Positions 16,163-24,023 are shown, counted from the first letter of the stretch. The stretch is 42,610 nt of DNA from an uncultured Gammaproteobacteria bacterium (GCA_964588165.1 CAZPMS010000005.1:69411-112020); one strand, 5' to 3'. The notes: generated from the letters alone by a model not told the origin. Numbers and translations: made by a program.

Positions 16163-16290
16163 TCTTTTAAAAAACTCTCATCCGACAGATGTTCGAATGA
16201 GGCTTTTGATTCGGAGTGAACACAGCCAAAGTTATACTTTCTTTTTAAAGCTTTTAAGAAATAACTTACTATTAATTTCATTCAGCGGAC

Positions 16291-16325
16291 GAAAAAGCCC
16301 CTCGTCAGTAGAGTCGACGAGGAGC
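16291..16325 (-). terminator. Intrinsic terminator of the 17097-16340 two-gene unit
   Basis: CCTCGTC (16300-16306) pairs with GACGAGG (16316-16322). The A-run at 16292-16296 is a T-run on the minus strand. Confidence 0.6.
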
Positions 16326-16339
16326 CATGAACGTAAAAA

Positions 16340-16642
16340 TCACACTCGCTTGATTTGTGCACATGCTCGACGTATGGTGGTTCTTGCAGAACATTTTTTT
16401 ACCAAGCAATTAATCCAGCACAGTGACCGTTCCTGCGTTGGCTCCTGAGCGCATTTTATTGCAAGGGCACCTGTTCTATTTATAATACTACGGGCGGTAT
16501 CCCAGTAACTACTATTTGCTTCATCAAATGTTTCAGCCTTGGGCATTGGACAGTCCGCAGGATGATCATCGATGGGATAGAATGTCACAACCCGCAAAAC
16601 GAAGCCCCAGTATCTTTTCCCTCTCGTTTTCCTTGATTCCAT
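16340..16642 (-). CDS. Hypothetical 100-aa protein, Cys-rich C-terminus, function unknown
   Basis: AAGGAGG lies 8 nt upstream of the ATG (minus-strand reading CAAGGAGGCATATCGCATG). GC-richer sequence. A terminator follows directly. Confidence 0.5.
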   Translation of the reverse strand: MESRKTRGKRYWGFVLRVVTFYPIDDHPADCPMPKAETFDEANSSYWDTARSIINRTGALAIKCAQEPTQERSLCWINCLVKKCSARTTIRRACAQIKRV

Positions 16643-16722
16643 GCGATATGCCTCCTTGTTTGTATTTTACCAAGTTTTACTTTGAGTAGGCTAAGAGTCG
16701 TGTGTGAGTGTTTGCTCTTGAA

Positions 16723-17097
16723 TTATCGCTTTGCCAAAAGTGAGTCCTTGGGGATTATTAATTTAAATAATATTTCCGGCTCACCTTTCCTAACTAATGA
16801 CAGCATGTTGTTATAAGAAATAAAATTCAGTTGCTCTTCTACCTCCTTTCGCTCAGTTTCATTTAAGTTCATCTTTTCGAGTATCTCCAAAGCAACAATG
16901 AACTTGCTCAAAGCTTGAATGAATTTAATTTCTGATGGTATACCATGAGACAGATCGTTATCAGAATCAAGAGAGCTCTTATGGAAAAGAGTGGGGGATG
17001 TAATTTTCAAATAACTATATATTTCGGCAACGCTCTCTTCAATCACTTCCAAAACTGCTTTGTGTGCAAGTATCTGGCCATCCAATTTTAATGCCAT
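16723..17097 (-). CDS. Hypothetical 124-aa helical protein, function unknown
   Basis: AAGGAG lies 7 nt upstream of the ATG (TAAAGGAGATGCGTCATG). First gene of the minus-strand pair. Confidence 0.55.
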   Translation of the reverse strand: MALKLDGQILAHKAVLEVIEESVAEIYSYLKITSPTLFHKSSLDSDNDLSHGIPSEIKFIQALSKFIVALEILEKMNLNETERKEVEEQLNFISYNNMLSLVRKGEPEILFKLIIPKDSLLAKR

Positions 17098-17138
17098 GAC
17101 GCATCTCCTTTATGTTGCTTTTGTACTATAAACATGTA

Positions 17139-17210
17139 ATAATATTTAAAATATGCTACAATGTCAATATAAATGGAACAGTCAACTTGAAAATATTATC
17201 TAATATTAGC
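17139..17210. promoter_or_regulatory. Back-to-back promoters plus GCTAATATTAG palindrome between the orphan pair and the TrmB-like gene
   Basis: Minus strand: TTGACA (rc of 17162-17167), 17-nt spacer, TATTAT (rc of 17139-17144). Plus strand: extended -10 TGcTACAAT (TACAAT at 17157-17162). Palindrome CTAATATTAG at 17200-17209 (GCTAATATTAG on the minus strand, 17200-17210). Confidence 0.4.
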
Positions 17211-17233
17211 AAAAAAAATAAAAAAAAATAACT

Positions 17234-17974
17234 ATGTTGAAAAATATTGACAACAAAATTGAAACATTAAAAAAGCTGGGCATGGCAGAAAACGAGGCAG
17301 AAATTTACCTTGTTTTACTAAAAACAGGAGGTGCAACTGCCACTATTTTGGCAAAATCATTGGATTTACAGCGAACTTCTGTTTATCACACCTTAACAAA
17401 GATGACTCGGCAGAAATTTATACAAGTTTATTATGAAAAGAATAAAAAGTTTTTTAAGCCAATTAAGCCATATAATCTGGCAAATCTGTTCAAACGAAAT
17501 CTAGAAAGCTTTAATAATTTAATCCCAAACTTAGATATCGCACAAAAAAGGGCCAATCAACAGGCCGGGCTTAGATTTATTCAAACTATAGAAGAATTAA
17601 AGGAATTTTATTTGCAGATTTTAGAGGATTATAAAGGCCAGAGCTATAAAATTATTGGTGATGCTGCTTCATGGGAAAATCTGGATTCCAACTTTTTTAT
17701 TGATTTTAGGAAAAAAAGAGGCAAGGCTAATATAAAAACCAAACTGCTTTTAACCAATGAATCAAAATCAATTAATCCAAAAGACAAGTCATTGCAAAGA
17801 ATAGTCAAGTTTTTGCCGGAAAAATATAGCTTTAAAAGCACTATAGATATTTACGACGATAAAATTTTAATTGTTGGATCAGATATTTCGGCTGTTGGCG
17901 TGGTTATTGAAGTCCCAGCCATGGTTGACGTTTTTAAAGAGACATTCAATATTCTATGGGAGGTTTTTTCTTAA
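17234..17974 (+). CDS. TrmB-family winged-helix transcriptional regulator (second copy)
   Basis: 246 aa. LKKLGMAENEAEIYLVLLKTGGATATILAKSLDLQRTSVYHTLTKMTRQKFI matches the TrmB wHTH pattern. Same length and architecture as 6648-7385. Confidence 0.7.
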   Translation: MLKNIDNKIETLKKLGMAENEAEIYLVLLKTGGATATILAKSLDLQRTSVYHTLTKMTRQKFIQVYYEKNKKFFKPIKPYNLANLFKRNLESFNNLIPNLDIAQKRANQQAGLRFIQTIEELKEFYLQILEDYKGQSYKIIGDAASWENLDSNFFIDFRKKRGKANIKTKLLLTNESKSINPKDKSLQRIVKFLPEKYSFKSTIDIYDDKILIVGSDISAVGVVIEVPAMVDVFKETFNILWEVFS

Positions 17975-18144
17975 AATTGAAAGACTGCTTCATGCGGGGC
18001 AGTTTTATTTTAATTAAGATTTAATTGGGGAAGCGTCATAAAATTGAGATAAATTTAGCTTTTTAGACTATTTCCCCCAGAATTTACAATTTAGAAAATT
18101 TCCTATATAATTAGATAGCTCTAATAATTAAGAATTTTTATTCT

Positions 18145-18459
18145 ATGGAACTTAATGATAATAACTTTGAACAAGAAGTCTTAAAAAGTGATCAGCCGGT
18201 TTTGGTAGATTTTTTTGCTGAATGGTGCGGCCCTTGCAAAATGCAGGCTCCGATTATTGATGAGCTGGAAAAAGAATATAAAGGAAAAGCCAAAATTTAT
18301 AAATTGGATGTTGATAAGGCCCAAGAAACTGCCAGCAAATACCAAGTAATGAGCATTCCCACAATTGTTATATTTAAAGATGGCAAAGAAGTAGAAAGAT
18401 TAATGGGCTTGCAGCAAAAACCGGCCTTAACAGGAAAGCTTGATGGTTTAATTAAATAG
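18145..18459 (+). CDS. trxA: Thioredoxin
   Basis: 104 aa. Active site WCGPC. SIPTIVIFKDGKEV typical. Confidence 0.9.
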   Translation: MELNDNNFEQEVLKSDQPVLVDFFAEWCGPCKMQAPIIDELEKEYKGKAKIYKLDVDKAQETASKYQVMSIPTIVIFKDGKEVERLMGLQQKPALTGKLDGLIK

Positions 18460-18535
18460 TTTTGTTTTAAATTTAAAAATTTAAGGGTCGCTAACTAAGG
18501 CGGCTTTTAAAAACTAAATATTTATTTACTAATAT

Positions 18536-19795
18536 ATGTCGCAAACATTTAATAATACTCTTAAGCAGTTTAAGAAAGCAGCTGACTTTTTGGGTTTAAG
18601 TGAATCAGTTGTAAAAAAATTAACAACACCTGATAATATTTTAACTAAAAATATTTCAGTTAAAATGGACAACGGTAAAGAAAAAGAATTTGAAGCTTAC
18701 CGGGTTCAGTTTAATAATATCCGCGGACCCTACAAGGGTGGCATTAGATATCACCCCCAAGCTGATTTAGACGAAGTAAAAACCTTAGCCATGCTTATGG
18801 CTATTAAATGTGCAGTAGTGGATATTCCTATGGGAGGCGGCAAGGGCGGAATAAAAGTAAATCCTAAGGAATTATCTGAAAGGGAACTGGAAAAACTTTC
18901 TAGGGCTTGGGTTAGGGCTTTTAAAGATGATATTGGTCCTAATAAAGATGTACCGGCTCCAGATGTTTATACTAATCCCTTAATTATGTCTTGGATGATG
19001 GATGAATATAGCAAACTTGTTGGTAAACCAACCCCGGCAGTTATAACCGGCAAGCCTTTAGATAAAGGTGGAAGTGAGGGAAGGGATACTTCCACCGGCC
19101 AAGGCGGTTTTTATGTTTTAGAAGAAGCTGTTAAAAAAATAAACGCAACTATAAATGATGCTAAGGTAGTGGTGCAGGGTTTTGGCAATGCCGGTTACAA
19201 TATTGCTGAACTATTATTTAATGCTGGTGGTAAAATGGTTGGCCTTTCTGATTCTAAAGGCGGCATTAAAGCTTTAAATAATAAAGATATGAATCCGGCT
19301 GAAGTTTTAAATACTAAAAAGGAGCAAGGTAAAATTCATGCTTGTTATTGTTTGGGTACTGTTTGTGATTGTGAAAATTATACCAGAGTTTCTAATAAAG
19401 ATTTATTAGAAATAGAAACTGATATTTTAGTACTAGCTGCTTTAGAAAATCAGATTACTAAAGAGAACGCTGATAAAATAAAAGCTAAAGTTATTTTAGA
19501 ATTGGCCAATGGCGGCATTGATCCAACAGCCGATGAGATTTTAGAAGCCAAGGGCATTTTAGTTTTACCGGATGTTTTAGTTAATGCAGGCGGGGTTACA
19601 GTTTCTTATTTTGAATGGCTGCAGAACAAAAAAAATGAGCATTGGAGCAAGCAAGAAGTATTTAATAAATTAGAAAAGATAATGGATGAAAATTTTGCCA
19701 AGCTTTGGCAGAAGAAAAAAGAATATAAAACTACATCCAGGACTGCCGCTTTTATTCTTGGTCTAGAAAGAATTGTTAAGAAGATGAAAAAATAA
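18536..19795 (+). CDS. gdhA: Glu/Leu/Phe/Val dehydrogenase family, most likely glutamate dehydrogenase
   Basis: 419 aa. Catalytic-Lys region PMGGGKGGI. Dinucleotide fold VVVQGFGNAGYNIA. Confidence 0.85.
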   Translation: MSQTFNNTLKQFKKAADFLGLSESVVKKLTTPDNILTKNISVKMDNGKEKEFEAYRVQFNNIRGPYKGGIRYHPQADLDEVKTLAMLMAIKCAVVDIPMGGGKGGIKVNPKELSERELEKLSRAWVRAFKDDIGPNKDVPAPDVYTNPLIMSWMMDEYSKLVGKPTPAVITGKPLDKGGSEGRDTSTGQGGFYVLEEAVKKINATINDAKVVVQGFGNAGYNIAELLFNAGGKMVGLSDSKGGIKALNNKDMNPAEVLNTKKEQGKIHACYCLGTVCDCENYTRVSNKDLLEIETDILVLAALENQITKENADKIKAKVILELANGGIDPTADEILEAKGILVLPDVLVNAGGVTVSYFEWLQNKKNEHWSKQEVFNKLEKIMDENFAKLWQKKKEYKTTSRTAAFILGLERIVKKMKK

Positions 19796-19945
19796 GTTCC
19801 CATTGGCAATTAGCCGAAGAGGCGAGAGAATAAGATGGTAGAAATTTAAAAGATTATTTGTAAAAAGCCGGATTTTCTGAAAATTCGGTTTACGGTTGGA
19901 GCGTGCCATACACAAAACACTTCTTTTTATTTTCAATATAAAGGT

Positions 19946-19982
19946 CAAAAAAACCCGTCTGCTGAATACAGTAGGCGGGTTT
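19946..19982 (-). terminator. Intrinsic terminator of the KAS III-like gene
   Basis: 9-bp stem (19952-19960 with 19973-19981, one G-U pair). The A-run at 19946-19953 is a T-run on the minus strand. Confidence 0.7.
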
Positions 19983-19991
19983 GTGGTTGGC

Positions 19992-21032
19992 TTAAAGACG
20001 CAAGGCGTGCATAGCAACGCTGAGGCCGGAGCCAAAGGCTACTACCACAACTAGTTCACCGGGCTTAATAACACCATTTTGCCAGGCTTCGGAAATTATC
20101 AGGCCGGTACTGGCGCTGCTTAGGTTGCCGCAGGTTTCCACGTTGCGATGGAAAGTTCCGGCAAAACCAGAGTGTTTTTTTTGAAAATTTTTCAAAAGCA
20201 GGTCCAGAGTCTTACCGCTAGGCTGATGTGGCACTAGATGTTTTATATTTGCCGGATCAATTCCGGTCTCTTTTATAAAATCGGTTAGACGTTGAACTAC
20301 TGTCCGACCGACAAATTTATGGACGCTATTGCCGTCCTGATCAAAACCATCGGGCGTATTGGCAATCTTATGAAGATTATTTCCTTGCGGTAGAGAAACA
20401 ACATCAAAGGCGATAAAGCTATCGGTAGTGTCTGTAGCCAGCAAGAAAGCCGAGGCTCCATCGCCGAAAAGGTTGCTGTGCTTCCAGTTGTCATACGGTG
20501 CTAAGGTTGTGTTTTTCTCTGCACAGACCACTAGCACTTTTTTGGCTGCGCCGCTTTTGATCAGGTTCCAGCCGGCAAAAAGAGCCATAACACCGGTCGG
20601 GCAGGCCTCCTGAACATCAAAGCAGCCAATGTTGCTGGGCTTGTCCAATAGAGCATCAAGTATATGGTCGGCCAGACTGGGATAGCCTTGATTGGTATTG
20701 CTGCCGCCAATAATAAAATCCAATTGATTGGCTTTTACATCGGCGTTATCTAAACAGTGGCGAGCAGCAATGATTGCCATTTGTTCCGCCGAACCGTCAA
20801 ATAAAATACGACTTTTGACTCCGGTATGTTGTTGCCAGTTATCTGCTACCCGGGCAATTTCATTATCGTCCCAGGGAGGACCATGGTCGAATAATTTGGT
20901 TTTGCCACCACCTGACATGAGGCGCTGGATAAACCGAATATTGGAGATAATGGAAAATCCCGAGTCTTGCTTGGGGTCGGTATGGCCCAAGCCAATGACT
21001 TTGCAACCCGATGGGCTAGGGTGGATAAGCAT
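19992..21032 (-). CDS. 3-oxoacyl-ACP synthase III (FabH/KAS III)-like condensing enzyme
   Basis: 346 aa. Cys-His-Asn triad contexts VQEACPTGVMAL, LVPHQPSGK, ETCGNLSSAS. C-terminus VVVVAFGSGLS. AGGAG lies 9 nt upstream. TTGACA-N17-TAATTT promoter. About 45-50% GC by eye. Confidence 0.8.
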   Translation of the reverse strand: MLIHPSPSGCKVIGLGHTDPKQDSGFSIISNIRFIQRLMSGGGKTKLFDHGPPWDDNEIARVADNWQQHTGVKSRILFDGSAEQMAIIAARHCLDNADVKANQLDFIIGGSNTNQGYPSLADHILDALLDKPSNIGCFDVQEACPTGVMALFAGWNLIKSGAAKKVLVVCAEKNTTLAPYDNWKHSNLFGDGASAFLLATDTTDSFIAFDVVSLPQGNNLHKIANTPDGFDQDGNSVHKFVGRTVVQRLTDFIKETGIDPANIKHLVPHQPSGKTLDLLLKNFQKKHSGFAGTFHRNVETCGNLSSASTGLIISEAWQNGVIKPGELVVVVAFGSGLSVAMHALRL

Positions 21033-21174
21033 TTTTAAGCTCTCCTGTTTTGTGAAGTTACAAGAATAGGGGTAAATTAATGAAAATAAGCATTTTTGTC
21101 AAGGTGTATTACTTGAGCTATGCTTTATTATATGAAACTATCTTCTTATAATTTGGAAGAAAAATTAATAAAAA

Positions 21175-21190
21175 AGTTCCATGTGGAACG
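21175..21190. other. Degenerate parS-like site AGTTCCATGTGGAACG
   Basis: 13/16 to TGTTCCACGTGGAACA, core GTTCCAtGTGGAAC. Lies in the AT-rich spacer between two GC-rich cassettes. Confidence 0.4.
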
Positions 21191-21239
21191 CCTTGGGCGA
21201 TTCAGGAACGTTTTTTACTTGCCCGACTTGGGGTAAGAT

Positions 21240-21269
21240 AAAAAACCCCGTGGTCTAAAGAGCCACGGG
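21240..21269 (-). terminator. Intrinsic terminator of the RidA-like gene
   Basis: CCCGTGG (21247-21253) pairs with CCACGGG (21263-21269). A-run on the plus strand is a T-run on the minus strand. Confidence 0.7.
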
Positions 21270-21284
21270 AAAATAATTTGTTGT

Positions 21285-22052
21285 TTATGAAATGGTTTTC
21301 TCAGCCACGATAACCCATTTCAGTTTTGAGCCAAAGGGTAGGCCCGAGACCATTCTTGCATCAATACTCGCATCAGTATCCCTAAGCGATTGGAAGGGCG
21401 TGAGGCCACTGCTCACGGCATTTGGGGTGAGGCTTAGTAATTCTTCATCTGGTTTGGTGAATAAAGCTGTTACCTTTTTGACATGACGTAAAGAAAGGTT
21501 GCAAATTTCAAGCAATTCGTTCAGGCGCTGAGCCATACTTTCTTGTTGCCTCCAGAACTCTTGATGAACGGGCTTGCCATCTGCAATTGCAGGAATGATG
21601 CCAGAGAAGTAATACCGCTCAACGTTGCCAAAAACAACCTTGATAACTGGTAAAAACGGAAAATCCCAGCCTGCTGGAATTGTGCCCCCTGGGATAATGA
21701 TTATGTTTGTTTCAGGTGCCAGATCAACAGTTAAGCTGATTAAAGCACCGTTAGGCATTTCCACTCGAGGTAGGGCATAAGCAGCTCGAGCTGGAAACCT
21801 CTTTTCGCCGCCAAACTTTTCTACATAGAGCTTGTTCAATGTCCCATAGGCATTGAGGTCATCAGCCAGATTGACAGTAACCCTAATAACTCTGTTGAGA
21901 GATAAACCGTTTCGCTTCAACGTATCAGCCAGTGATAAAAATGTTGACTTGATGTGAGTGGCTGGATTGTCGCTAAGACCTGAAGATACAATTAGCGGGA
22001 TTTGCGCAACACCCCCAACTGTCACGACCTGCGGAACAAAGCTTTCAATCAT
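21285..22052 (-). CDS. Tandem RidA/YjgF/L-PSP-like two-domain protein
   Basis: 255 aa. First half LADTLKRNGLSLNRVIRVTVNLADDLNAYGTLNKLYVEKFGGEKRFPARAAYALPRVEMPNGALISLTV fits the RidA pattern. The second half repeats the pattern more weakly. AGGAGG lies 7 nt upstream. Confidence 0.55.
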   Translation of the reverse strand: MIESFVPQVVTVGGVAQIPLIVSSGLSDNPATHIKSTFLSLADTLKRNGLSLNRVIRVTVNLADDLNAYGTLNKLYVEKFGGEKRFPARAAYALPRVEMPNGALISLTVDLAPETNIIIIPGGTIPAGWDFPFLPVIKVVFGNVERYYFSGIIPAIADGKPVHQEFWRQQESMAQRLNELLEICNLSLRHVKKVTALFTKPDEELLSLTPNAVSSGLTPFQSLRDTDASIDARMVSGLPFGSKLKWVIVAEKTIS

Positions 22053-22206
22053 CGGTAATCCTCCTAGTTTGTACTATTAAACAACTTGAATAGCTACAGT
22101 TTAGTTACTTTAGATTTTTTTGTCAATTATAATGGAATTGAAATTTAGCTTTATTACAATTAGGTCTTGGTAACGCGAATTTTATGATAGAATAATAAAA
22201 GATACT

Positions 22207-22815
22207 ATGGATTATCCTAACTACAATTTAGAAAACAAACTTATAAAACAAGGCTATAAAAATATAGTTGGTATTGATGAAGTTGGACGAGGAGCGCTAG
22301 CCGGACCGCTAGTCGCGGTCGCGGCAGAAATTTTGAATTTAAAATTTCCAATTTCAAAACAAATACGCGATTCAAAATTATTGTCAGAAAATCAAAGGGA
22401 GAAAATATTTGAAAACTTGTCAGAAAAAGTTATTTGGTCGGTTGGTATTGTTAGCCATAAAGAAATAGATAAAATCGGAATAACTAAAGCTAATATTTTA
22501 GTTATCAAGCGTGCCATAAGAAAGTTGGAAATAGATCCAGATTATTTGTTATTAGATAAAGTTTATGGTTTTAAACATAACTTGCCATTTGAATCTATTG
22601 TAAAAGGTGATAGTAAAGTTTTATCAATTGCTGCCGCTTCCATTTTAGCTAAAGTTTACCGCGATAGAATGATGCGGAAATATCATAAAAAATATCCTAA
22701 CTATAATTTTAATAAACATAAAGGTTATGGCACAGCCTTGCATAAGTTATGCTTAAAAAAACACGGCGTTTGTAAAATCCATCGGACCAGTTATCGACCG
22801 GTTAAAAATTTCTAG
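22207..22815 (+). CDS. rnhB: Ribonuclease HII
   Basis: 202 aa. GIDEVGRGALAGPLV (DEVGRG catalytic motif), DSKLLS, AASILAKVYRD. Confidence 0.9.
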   Translation: MDYPNYNLENKLIKQGYKNIVGIDEVGRGALAGPLVAVAAEILNLKFPISKQIRDSKLLSENQREKIFENLSEKVIWSVGIVSHKEIDKIGITKANILVIKRAIRKLEIDPDYLLLDKVYGFKHNLPFESIVKGDSKVLSIAAASILAKVYRDRMMRKYHKKYPNYNFNKHKGYGTALHKLCLKKHGVCKIHRTSYRPVKNF

Positions 22816-22847
22816 TTGGTAGGTGGTAGTTTGTAGAATGATATTTA

Positions 22848-22915
22848 AACCTACTCACCTGCCTCGCCGGTCCGCTTCGACGCGAGGCGAGCAAGGCGGG
22901 CTACAACCTACTCAC
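22848..22915. repeat. GC-rich 46-bp hairpin segment flanked by 11-bp direct repeats AACCTACTCAC
   Basis: AACCTACTCAC at 22848-22858 and 22905-22915. Between them lies CTGCCTCGCC..GCGAGGCGAGC, containing the CCTCGC/GCGAGG stem. Confidence 0.6.
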
Positions 22916-22936
22916 TATTTTTGCTATAATACCAAT

Positions 22937-23494
22937 ATGGACAATCAAAGATATGCCGGAGGCAATGAACTGCTTGATCCGGAGCATTTACTAAAAAATG
23001 TTTTAGAAATCCCTTATGGATCCAAGGTGGGTGATTTAGGCTGTGGTTCTATGGCTTTTTTTAGTTTGCAGGCAGCTAAGTTGGTGGGTGACAAGGGGAT
23101 TGTTTATTCATGTGATATCCAAAAAGATGTTTTATCTTCAGTGGAAGGTAAGGCCAAGCAGGAAGGTTTGCAAAATATTAAAACTGTCTGGACTAATTTA
23201 GAGATGGTTGGTGCCACAAAAATTTCTGGACCTTTAGATTATGTTTTATTGGTTAATACTTTATTTCAATCCAAGGCTCATCAAGAAATGTTAAAAGAAG
23301 CACACCGGCTATTAAAGAAGGGTGGCAAGCTTTTACTTATAGAGTGGCGGGCAACTTCTGGTCCGGTTGGCCCAGCCCAAGATATGAAGGTACCTAAGGA
23401 ATTGGCTGAAACTTTAACAACAGAAGCCGGCTTTAAAAAGCTAAAAGATTTTGAGGCTGGTAATAGTCACTACGGCATTATTTTTGAGAAATAA
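22937..23494 (+). CDS. Class I SAM-dependent methyltransferase
   Basis: The ORF-track start 22823 reads through the GC-rich repeat. ATG at 22937 follows a TATAAT box. Motif I VGDLGCGSM. GGKLLLIEW post-motif. Confidence 0.7.
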   Translation: MDNQRYAGGNELLDPEHLLKNVLEIPYGSKVGDLGCGSMAFFSLQAAKLVGDKGIVYSCDIQKDVLSSVEGKAKQEGLQNIKTVWTNLEMVGATKISGPLDYVLLVNTLFQSKAHQEMLKEAHRLLKKGGKLLLIEWRATSGPVGPAQDMKVPKELAETLTTEAGFKKLKDFEAGNSHYGIIFEK

Positions 23495-23630
23495 TAATCA
23501 ATGATTTAAAATTAATGATTGATGACTAAGGATAAACACCTTAGTTTTTAAAAACTATCAATCATTAATCATTATTTATTTTTTTTAACCTCACCTTGCA
23601 AAAATTGTAAATTGATTTAAAATATGGCAT

Positions 23631-24023
23631 ATGAGCAATTTATTAGATTTATCATTTTGGTTTGACTTTATTCCTTTGCCTTTTAATCGAACTGCTTTTT
23701 ATATGGTAACCGGTTTGTTTGTTTTAGGTATTCTTTGGGGAATAATCAGCCTAATTTATAAAAAGAAAAATAAGAATAATAGTTTAACCCAGAAAATATG
23801 GATTAAATTGGCCAATTTCGGATTTAGTTTTGGCATAGTTGGTTTAATTCTAGTTTTTCTAAAACAACAGAGAACTCCTTATTTAGGCATGAGAATTTGG
23901 CTGGCTGTTTGGATTTTAGTCTGTTTAGTTTGGCTAGCGTTCATTTTAAAGTATATTTTTATTGAAGTGCCTAAAATAAAGCAACAACAAAAAGAAAAGG
24001 CTGAATTTAATAAATATATTTAA
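23631..24023 (+). CDS. Membrane protein (3-4 TM), function unknown
   Basis: 130-aa hydrophobic ORF with backbone composition. Confidence 0.5.
   Translation: MSNLLDLSFWFDFIPLPFNRTAFYMVTGLFVLGILWGIISLIYKKKNKNNSLTQKIWIKLANFGFSFGIVGLILVFLKQQRTPYLGMRIWLAVWILVCLVWLAFILKYIFIEVPKIKQQQKEKAEFNKYI

Noticed and set aside
15931-16281. Minus-strand 116-aa ORF spanning the trxB 3' end and terminator
   Set aside because: It overlaps the trxB coding sequence and the compound terminator hairpin, and has no start signals.
16146-16448. Plus-strand 100-aa ORF starting MFHVEH
   Set aside because: It starts inside the parS-like palindrome (ATGTTCCACGT...) and runs through a minus-strand terminator and the 3' end of the SD-led minus-strand gene. 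It has no SD or promoter of its own.
19763-20035. 90-aa minus-strand ORF bridging the gdh end and the KAS III-like gene end
   Set aside because: It runs through the KAS III terminator hairpin and overlaps two well-supported genes.
14376-21190. Reading the GTTCCACGTGGAAC palindromes as integron attC or cassette recombination sites
   Set aside because: The core does not fit the GTTRRRY/RYYYAAC consensus. The cassettes carry their own promoters, and no integrase is nearby. The match to parS near an origin is much stronger.
22823-22936. Long start for the methyltransferase (MVVCRMIFKPTHLPRRSASTRGEQGG...)
   Set aside because: It reads through the GC-rich repeat element and a TATAAT box. The conserved methyltransferase fold begins after the ATG at 22937.
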